DNA of 64,000 bases from contig JAWXCI010000001.1 in the NCBI GenBank assembly GCA_034408895.1, positions 16,638 to 80,637 of the forward strand, given 5' to 3'. This DNA is from Flavobacteriales bacterium. GTDB taxonomy: Bacteria > Bacteroidota > Bacteroidia > Flavobacteriales_D > Sanyastnellaceae. A model generated the notes under the pieces. The model searched no databases. It was given only the letters and a program-made list of their open reading frames with translations, and had not been told where the DNA came from. The position numbers and the translations under genes are program-made. Numbering within the stretch: position 1 is the first letter of the stretch; each line of letters starts with the position of its first letter. This document shows positions 46,154 to 53,394 of the stretch, in pieces.

Positions 46154-49012
46154 ATGCCGTCAACCATGAATTCAACATTTCGGAGCCATGCAATAGTCCG
46201 GGGAGTTCTTGCCATTCTCTTCTCCTTTGCTGTTAGTTCATTAACAGCTCAGAAGGCTGATGAGGCCAAATTCTACGGCCAGATTGTGGACGCAGCGACC
46301 GAAAAAAGACTAGAAGACCTTACTGTCCAGATTTTAAAGGATGGCCAGCTTCACGATACTTATAAAGTGGAGGGATCGGGCAAATACGATTTCTATGTCC
46401 CACTGGGGTTTACTTACGATCTCAAGTTCACCAAGGATGGCTATACTTCAAAATTTGTCCGCATTGATACGCGGAATATCCCACAGGAAGACCGCACCGG
46501 AGGCTTTGATGTTACCGTGGATATGAGTCTCTTCAAAAATGTGGAAGGCTTTAATGATAATATTCTCAAGGAACCCATTGGCAAGGCGGATTTCGACCCC
46601 ATCAAAAACTCCATTGCCTGGGATTTCGATTACACGGAACGCATGCAGGATAAAATTGCAGCGGAGTTTGAACGGCTGAAAAATCTGGCAGGCAATCTCG
46701 ATAAACTCAAGAAGGAGTTTGATGACCTGATTCTTAAAGGCGACCAGAAAATGATGGAAAAGAAATACGGTGAAGCGGTGGATAAATACGAAGCAGCCCT
46801 AAGAATATTTCCTGAGGACCCACCAGCCTTGATAAAGTATGCCGATGCTAAAAAGAAGTTCGATGAAGAAATGGCGAACAAGGATAGCGAGGCGAAATAC
46901 CAGAAACTTCTAGCCGATGGAGAGAAATATCTGAAAGCCAAAAACTACAATGATGCAAAAAAGAATTATCAGGACGCATCGAACATGAAACCGGGGGAAC
47001 GCCTTCCTAAAGATAAACTCGCTGAGATAGAAAAACTGCTTGCAGGCCTGGCCAATAAGGAGAAGTATGATGAAATTATTGCTGATGCGGATTCCAAATT
47101 CAACAACAAGGATTATGCGGTGAGCATTGAAAAATATCGCGTAGCATCTGGCTTTATGCCCAATGAAATTTATCCAAAGGAACAAATAACCAAAGCCCAG
47201 ATTGAACTCGACAAAATGCTTTTGGAAGCTGGAAAGAAAGCTGAACTTGAAAAACGGTACAACGACCTTATCACTATTGGCGAACGCAACATGAAGGACA
47301 AAACTTATGACGCGGCAAGAAACAATTTTACTGAAGCCTCCGGGTTGAAACCGGATGAACAATTGCCAATAGACAGGGTAGCTGAAATTGACGAAATTTT
47401 AGCCGATCTTGCAGCGAAAGAAGAGGGCGATCGTGCAAGCAACGAAGCCAATGCGGAGAAAGAAAGAATAGATAAAGAGTATCAGCGGCACATTGACCAA
47501 GGCAATACTCTTTTCGACCTGGAGAAATTGCAGGAAGCCAAAACAGAATATGAAGCAGCACTTGGGCTCAAGTCCAACGAAAAATATCCCAAAACACGAA
47601 TTACCAGAATTGATGAAATGCTTGCCGACATCGGCAATAAGTCTTCCAACGACCTGGCCGAAGCAAACAGGCTGAAAGAAGAAGAAAAGAAAAAGCAGGA
47701 AGAAGCCTTGAAAGCGAAGTTCAGTGAACAAGAGCGCCTGGCTGAAGAAGAACGGTTGGCACGACTCGACAAGGAAAGGCTCGCGGAAGAAGAACTTGCT
47801 GCTGACAAAAGAAGGGAAGAAGAGGAGGCTGAACGATTGCGCAGCCAGTTCGAAAGCAACGTGGACCGGGCTAAGGAAGATGAAGTGGAGAAATACTACC
47901 GTGATGCCCGCATCAGTGGAGAACAAGCCAAGAACGTGGATGTAGAGGAAAAGAAAAAGCGGACGGAATACTTCCACTCCTCTCATGTTGAAGAATCGGA
48001 AAATCAACGAATTGATAATTGGGATAAAGCCGAAGGACAAAAACAGGGCACCGCTGCACTGAGTGCCAACGCGAATTCAGGCGAGAAACTTGCCGCACAA
48101 TCTGACGAGGTAAATAACAAGAAGGATGCTATGACTCGCATCCAGCGCCAGGGCGATATTCTCAATACACGCAGCGCCCTGCAAACCCAAGAAGATAAAG
48201 CGGAGGCACTGGCCGACAACCAGGAGTTTGTGCAACGCTCCGATAATGCGCGCGGTGTCGCTTTGGAAAATGCAGAAACGAAAAAAGACAACAATAAAAA
48301 ACTTTTACAGGACGACCGCAAACGGCAAATGAGTGAGCGGAAGGTCAATGAAAAACAAGAACGTGTAGCAGCCAACAAAGAATCTTTTGAGAAGAAGGGC
48401 GATGCACAGCGGCAGAACAATGAATACAACGTGAACAAAGAAAAAACCGATCAGTTGAGCCTGGCCGACAACGGGGAAGAATCCCGGAAGAAGAGCGAAG
48501 AAAAAATTGAGGAAAAAAAGGAAGATGTGATGAAGCATACCGGTGACCTGAGTGCAGCAGCAACTGAAAGGCAGGCGGGCGCTGTGGGCGATGTACAGGA
48601 GAAAAAGGATCGTTTGCTGCAAGTAGCGGAAGAAAAGAAGATAATTGTGCTCGACAATGAAATGGACGTGATGGCTAAAAAGGATTCGCACCAGCTTTTT
48701 ATTGGTGATAAAAACCGCAAAGCCGATGCCCGCAGTTATGAAAAACGCGATGAACTTTTCGACAAGGACAAGGGAGGATTAAAGGATGCTGACGATTACA
48801 TGATGCGCCCCGGAAGCGAATCCATTCCCGAAGGTATCTCGGAAAACTCTTATCAGTTGGGAAATAAAATCGTGATTGAACGTACTCTTAAAATAGGCAA
48901 CAAAGTGGACTATTACCGCAAGGTGGTTTCAAAAACCGGCATCTTCTATTTCAAGAACGATAAGGCCATTACCGAAAGAACGTGGGATGATGAAACCCTG
49001 TTCAACAAGTGA
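46154..49012 (+). CDS. Large secreted repeat/coiled-coil protein (carboxypeptidase-regulatory-like domain, 5 TPR-like repeats, E/K/R-rich region)
   Basis: Signal ..GVLAILFSFAVSSLTAQ, then KFYGQIVDAATEKRLEDLTVQIL. Five units follow of the type Y..A...Y..A....P.E..P..ri.eid..L. Next comes about 400 aa of charged low-complexity sequence and a globular C-terminus. Confidence 0.75.
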   Translation: MPSTMNSTFRSHAIVRGVLAILFSFAVSSLTAQKADEAKFYGQIVDAATEKRLEDLTVQILKDGQLHDTYKVEGSGKYDFYVPLGFTYDLKFTKDGYTSKFVRIDTRNIPQEDRTGGFDVTVDMSLFKNVEGFNDNILKEPIGKADFDPIKNSIAWDFDYTERMQDKIAAEFERLKNLAGNLDKLKKEFDDLILKGDQKMMEKKYGEAVDKYEAALRIFPEDPPALIKYADAKKKFDEEMANKDSEAKYQKLLADGEKYLKAKNYNDAKKNYQDASNMKPGERLPKDKLAEIEKLLAGLANKEKYDEIIADADSKFNNKDYAVSIEKYRVASGFMPNEIYPKEQITKAQIELDKMLLEAGKKAELEKRYNDLITIGERNMKDKTYDAARNNFTEASGLKPDEQLPIDRVAEIDEILADLAAKEEGDRASNEANAEKERIDKEYQRHIDQGNTLFDLEKLQEAKTEYEAALGLKSNEKYPKTRITRIDEMLADIGNKSSNDLAEANRLKEEEKKKQEEALKAKFSEQERLAEEERLARLDKERLAEEELAADKRREEEEAERLRSQFESNVDRAKEDEVEKYYRDARISGEQAKNVDVEEKKKRTEYFHSSHVEESENQRIDNWDKAEGQKQGTAALSANANSGEKLAAQSDEVNNKKDAMTRIQRQGDILNTRSALQTQEDKAEALADNQEFVQRSDNARGVALENAETKKDNNKKLLQDDRKRQMSERKVNEKQERVAANKESFEKKGDAQRQNNEYNVNKEKTDQLSLADNGEESRKKSEEKIEEKKEDVMKHTGDLSAAATERQAGAVGDVQEKKDRLLQVAEEKKIIVLDNEMDVMAKKDSHQLFIGDKNRKADARSYEKRDELFDKDKGGLKDADDYMMRPGSESIPEGISENSYQLGNKIVIERTLKIGNKVDYYRKVVSKTGIFYFKNDKAITERTWDDETLFNK

Positions 49013-49036
49013 GGTGCAAAATAATTTCTGTAATTT

Positions 49037-49588
49037 GTGAAGAGGATTATCATCATCAACGGCCCTAACCTCAACCTTCTTGGTACCCGCGAGCCGGAGG
49101 TTTACGGCAACCAGTCTTTTGAAAATTATCTTCAATCTCTTAAAGAAAAATTTCCCGCAGAGCAGTTGGAGTATTTCCAAAACAATGTGGAAGGCGAAAT
49201 AATCAACAAACTGCACGAAGCGGGCATGGATGCTCATGGTATCATAATAAATCCGGGTGGATACAGCCACACTTCTGTGGCCATTGCCGATGCAATAGAA
49301 GCCATCAAGACTCCCGTGGTGGAAGTGCACATTTCCAATGTTCACGCCCGTGAAGATTTCAGGCAGGTACTCCTTACAGCAAGAAATTGCCGTGGTGTTA
49401 TTTCAGGATTGGGCTTGATGGGGTATGAAGCAGCTATCAGGTATTTGCTAAAGAATTATGAATTGACGATTGACGAATTACGCACAAACCGTAATTCAAC
49501 TTACACACTTTATGTCACAGTGTCTCGTAATTATGCGCTGCCCTCTGCCTATTGCCAATTGCTTTTTGCACTTTCCCACTGTTCATAA
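49037..49588 (+). CDS. aroQ: Type II 3-dehydroquinate dehydratase with an unusual roughly 40-aa C-terminal extension
   Basis: Contains IIIINGPNLNLLGTREPEVYG, NPGGYSHTSVAIADA and VEVHISNVHAREDFR. GTG start. Confidence 0.9.
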   Translation: MKRIIIINGPNLNLLGTREPEVYGNQSFENYLQSLKEKFPAEQLEYFQNNVEGEIINKLHEAGMDAHGIIINPGGYSHTSVAIADAIEAIKTPVVEVHISNVHAREDFRQVLLTARNCRGVISGLGLMGYEAAIRYLLKNYELTIDELRTNRNSTYTLYVTVSRNYALPSAYCQLLFALSHCS

Positions 49589-49660
49589 TTCCTTGAATAT
49601 CTCTATATATCACTTTCACGGGGCGTTGATTGGAAAAGTAGTTTTGAGCCATTCAAAAAA

Positions 49661-50986
49661 GTGTTACGCTGTTCACTGATATTGTTTGTGGTCGTATTGC
49701 CTCTTTGTGCAATTGCATCCTCACCTTCATACCACAGCAATGTTGAAGCAGCGCGGGACACCAGCGGTCTGGGCAATCAGTTTCACCGACCTATAATGGT
49801 CAACTTTCTTCAACCGGCATCCCCAAATGAAATCAGCGAGTTCAACCAATTTTCCTCTTCGCTCATTTCATTTTACTTGGACCAAAACATGGAACTGCAA
49901 TCCAGCGAAATCAGGTTCACCAAAGTTCCGGATGAAATCATGGATGAACTGGTTAGCCTTGTAAACGGTTCGGTAAGTTTTTTTAATCACCAAAGTCGCC
50001 AACCTTTCCAGGGATTTTCTACCAAACTTATGGGCACACTGCACAAGTTGAATGGGCGCACGGTGGATGCTTCTGCTTTTGGAAAACCGAAGTTGCTCGA
50101 TGAACGCACCCTGAACAACGCGTTTCTTGAAAACTGTAAACTTGAAATCAGGAATGTGCTGTTACCAGAGGTGAAAGAATTTGCTGAAAAAAATCTGTTG
50201 GTGCATGTGAGTGCCGATGCGGCCATGATGGACGAGGCCACATTGAATGATGTGATGGAAGAAATGTTTGATCCCGATACCACGCTGGAGCCACTGCCCA
50301 TCCGCTTGAGCGAAGACTCGTATGCCATGCTTACGGCACCCGACAGGTCCACGCTTACACATCCTGACAAAATGAAAGGGCCGGTGTGGGATTATGATTT
50401 TGCCCAAAAGATTTTCCATCAACTGGAAAAACAGAATTTGAAACTGGACAATATGCAGGTGCAGATAGACGAGATGAAGGCCGACCAGATAAGGATGTGG
50501 CAGCAGCGGCAAGATGAAACCAACACGGTATTGCAAAAACAAATTGATGATTTGCGCAGCATGATGGTAGAACTGGTCAACCATTTCAGCGATGAACCCG
50601 CGGCTGTTCTACCCGATGCCACGGCCAACAATTTACCTGCACCTCCACCGGCACCCATTGCCAACTTGCCATCAGGCATTGACGTGTTTTTCACAAAAAG
50701 TTCGGTGGTACTCAATGCCGCATCGGTGCTTATGATAAATGAGGTTGTGGACATTCTTGCACGCAACCCACGGCTGGACATTATTGTGACTGGCCATGCT
50801 GACCGCACCGGTAGCGAAGTACAAAATCTTTTGCTCTCGCAACAACGCGCCAACGCTGTAAAAAAATTCTTTACCCAAAGCGGCCTTGACCAGGCACGGT
50901 TCATCACCAAATACGTAGGGCAGCGCGGTTCAAATACTGAAAGCGCAAACGACCGCAAGGTGACTATCGAGTTTATTCAGAGGTAG
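49661..50986 (+). CDS. OmpA-family protein
   Basis: C-terminal OmpA domain IVTGHADRTGSEVQNLLLSQQRANAVKKFF with an N-terminal signal. GTG start. Confidence 0.8.
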   Translation: MLRCSLILFVVVLPLCAIASSPSYHSNVEAARDTSGLGNQFHRPIMVNFLQPASPNEISEFNQFSSSLISFYLDQNMELQSSEIRFTKVPDEIMDELVSLVNGSVSFFNHQSRQPFQGFSTKLMGTLHKLNGRTVDASAFGKPKLLDERTLNNAFLENCKLEIRNVLLPEVKEFAEKNLLVHVSADAAMMDEATLNDVMEEMFDPDTTLEPLPIRLSEDSYAMLTAPDRSTLTHPDKMKGPVWDYDFAQKIFHQLEKQNLKLDNMQVQIDEMKADQIRMWQQRQDETNTVLQKQIDDLRSMMVELVNHFSDEPAAVLPDATANNLPAPPPAPIANLPSGIDVFFTKSSVVLNAASVLMINEVVDILARNPRLDIIVTGHADRTGSEVQNLLLSQQRANAVKKFFTQSGLDQARFITKYVGQRGSNTESANDRKVTIEFIQR

Positions 50987-51018
50987 AGTTGCACTCACGC
51001 GCGAGTGGGGAGTGCGGA

Positions 51019-51393
51019 CTACTTAGGAGTGAACAATAAAAACTTCAACTCCTTCACAATTTCAAATTGTTTGTCGGCTGAAAACAGTGCAACGTCTTTT
51101 TTAATGGATGTCGCGGCAACAATCGAATCCATAGGTTTGAGGTTGTATGTCATCCGCAACTGAAGCGCAATGTCAAGAATGGATTGGTCAACAGGCACCA
51201 CTTGGTAGTTTGTCAATAGTTGCGAAATGATTTGCTGCTGGGGCTTGCTGAGGTATTTGCCCGAACACAACTCCAGTTCCACTATGGATGAAACGATATT
51301 GTCCGGCCGCTCTACGATGGCACGCAGTTGTTTTGTGCCGTTGAAATAATAGATGAGGATATTGGTATCCAGCACCAGGCTTTTATTACTCAT
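51019..51393 (-). CDS. vapC: PIN-domain VapC toxin
   Basis: MSNKSLVLDTNILIYYF.. starts at ATG 51393, followed by ..DSIVAATSI. About 124 aa. Confidence 0.85.
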   Translation of the reverse strand: MSNKSLVLDTNILIYYFNGTKQLRAIVERPDNIVSSIVELELCSGKYLSKPQQQIISQLLTNYQVVPVDQSILDIALQLRMTYNLKPMDSIVAATSIKKDVALFSADKQFEIVKELKFLLFTPK

Positions 51394-51565
51394 CGCGCAA
51401 CTGCCTTTGAAGTGCCACAGGGTCGCCAGCAAATTTCACCTTGCCGAAGTATTTTGACCAATCAATCTTTTTCTTGAATGCCCTGCCTGACTTGCCTGAA
51501 TTGAGGGCCTCAATTTTTTTCTCAATTTCTTTCGATGAATCGTAAGGTGTAATAACCATAACCAT
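51386..51565 (-). CDS. vapB: VapB-type antitoxin (59 aa, below the track cut-off)
   Basis: My translation is MVMVITPYDSSKEIEKKIEALNSGKSGRAFKKKIDWSKYFGKVKFAGDPVALQRQLRDE*. Its stop overlaps the vapC ATG. Confidence 0.6.
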   Translation of the reverse strand: MVMVITPYDSSKEIEKKIEALNSGKSGRAFKKKIDWSKYFGKVKFAGDPVALQRQLRDE

Positions 51566-51607
51566 GATTGCGATTTTGGTTTCAAAAGTAGAGGGGACTA
51601 GTTCTAC

Positions 51608-52245
51608 TCAAACCGCCACTTTTAATTTTTTCTTGGTCTGAAGCCAATCTGAAAACTCCTGCGATACACTGTCCACTGCTTCTACCGACTGCAAAAACCA
51701 ATTGTTTTCAGTGGTTCGTGTGAAGAGCGTAAAATCCTGTGCGCCTTCTTTGCCCTTGAACAACTCCCTTACGCTGCTGTCGAACTGTGAGAAAATATTG
51801 GTCTCGCCTATGTTTTGTATTGCCTGAGGACTTAAATCTTCCCGGGAAGTTTCAAAGCTGTTGTCTGCCCAAAAATTGCCTGATTGTTTTTTATGCCTGG
51901 TCCTGGCGAAAGGAGTTGCTGCTGTTGCACGAAACTAATTGAGTGAGAATTTTTTTTCAGATTGTTGTATTCTGGCGTTTCGTCCGAATTGAAAAGATAA
52001 CTGGCGTTTGTATCAATAGTATCAAAAGCCTGTGTTCGTCTTAAGAGAATATTCAGGTTGTTCAAGAAATTCTTGATAACGGGATTCGGTTGCTTGAACT
52101 TTATTGATAGATCATGAACCATGAATTTTATAAAAGTTGTAAATCCATGATTTTGATTAAGCCGTTCTCCTTCCACCACATGTTTAAACAACAAAGAGCC
52201 AGCGAGTTTGGTTAATAAAATAGGTAGTGCAACAGTTGGCCACAT
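51608..52245 (-). pseudogene. Unknown gene split by a 1-nt frameshift at an A6 tract
   Basis: The 137-aa ORF at 51832-52245 overlaps a 108-codon open frame without any start (51608-51934). Adding one A to the run at 51887-51892 joins them into a protein of about 210 aa. Confidence 0.5.
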
Positions 52246-52364
52246 AAATCCACCGACAAGAAAAAAAGTGATGGGTTGTAGTGATCAACAGTTCATCAGC
52301 GTCACAATCACGCTTATGGCGTGGAACTTGGTTTCCAATAATGCATCTTGCCAACCGAAATCGA

Positions 52365-53162
52365 ATGAATAGTTTTCAAAATTTCATCACACACAAAAAC
52401 ACAAACACCCGATTGAGACATCCGGCATTCCATTACATCGTTGCGCTATTTATGGTTTTTATGGGCGCAGAAACTTTTTCCCAAATCACTATTTATGGAA
52501 CAGCGCGCGATGAAAACGACCAGGCCATTCCCAACACCTACATCATAAACAAGCGCAGCGAAGCCGGAAGCTTCGGAAATCCCAACGGCACTTTTGCCGC
52601 CACTTGTTTGAAGAATGATACTGTCATGATTGGTGCATTGGGGTTTATGCCGCGCTATGTGTGCATGAAAGATTCACTGGATAAACCCGCCTACACCTTC
52701 ACTATTTATCTCGATCGCAAGTACGAGCAATTGGCGGCAGTGCAGGTGTTCGCCCCGCGCGATTTGGATCAGATAAGGGAAGACATAGAAAAATTGGGTT
52801 ACAATAAAAACGATTTTATGTTGAGCGGAATCAATGCGGCAGAAAGTCCCATCACTTTTCTCTACCAACAATTTTCCCGCACCGAAAGGTCAAAACGACT
52901 AGTGGCCGAAATGGAGAATGCCGACCGCAAGCGCGAGCTCCTCAAAGAACTTTTCCGCATCTACGTGGACTGGGAAATCATAGCTCTAAACGATAGCGAC
53001 TTCGATGCGTTTATTGACTACATCAACATAAGTGATGAATACATGAAGTCCGCTTCACAATATGATTTCCTGGTGTATGTAAAAGAAAGATTTTCTGATT
53101 ACAAGATCTGGAAACGCGGTCAACACCTGGACGATGGAGACTATAATTATGATAAGGATTGA
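52365..53162 (+). CDS. Hypothetical protein with an N-terminal carboxypeptidase-regulatory-like domain
   Basis: Starts at ATG 52365. TM or signal segment HYIVALFMVFMGAETFSQ, then ITIYGTARDENDQAIPNTYII. Confidence 0.55.
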   Translation: MNSFQNFITHKNTNTRLRHPAFHYIVALFMVFMGAETFSQITIYGTARDENDQAIPNTYIINKRSEAGSFGNPNGTFAATCLKNDTVMIGALGFMPRYVCMKDSLDKPAYTFTIYLDRKYEQLAAVQVFAPRDLDQIREDIEKLGYNKNDFMLSGINAAESPITFLYQQFSRTERSKRLVAEMENADRKRELLKELFRIYVDWEIIALNDSDFDAFIDYINISDEYMKSASQYDFLVYVKERFSDYKIWKRGQHLDDGDYNYDKD

Positions 53163-53178
53163 GAGAGTGGGCAGGCAG

Positions 53179-53394
53179 CAGTAGGCAATGCTCATCCTTG
53201 AGTGACATGTCATTCCAACCGTGTGTTAGCATTATACGGGAGGAAAGGGTGGAAACTGTTGTGGGTAAATGCGGTTGGTCTCTGCGCAAAGCAACCTGAT
53301 AAAGCTCGGGCGGATTCCACTTTCCCCATCGCACAATCCCCACGCACCTTGGAATGTCAGTTTTCGAAGGATGCCTATTGCTAATTGCCCACTG
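53179..53394. ncRNA. Candidate structured RNA (6S-RNA-like long imperfect hairpin); strand unresolved
   Basis: Nested helices found by hand: 53179-89/53384-94 (10 of 11 bp), 53193-99/53367-73 (7 bp), 53211-18/53349-56 (8 bp), 53221-25/53341-45 (5 bp), and 53242-54/53315-25 (11 bp with a 2-nt bulge). They enclose an internal bubble of about 16 x 15 nt. Confidence 0.3.

Noticed and set aside
46630-48720. Long minus-strand ORFs (up to 213 aa) and off-frame plus-strand ORFs inside the 950-aa repeat protein gene
   Set aside because: Their products are low-complexity mirrors (F/L/S-rich) of the E/K/R-rich coding strand. They lack plausible starts or context. This is a typical antisense artefact of GAA/AAG-rich DNA.
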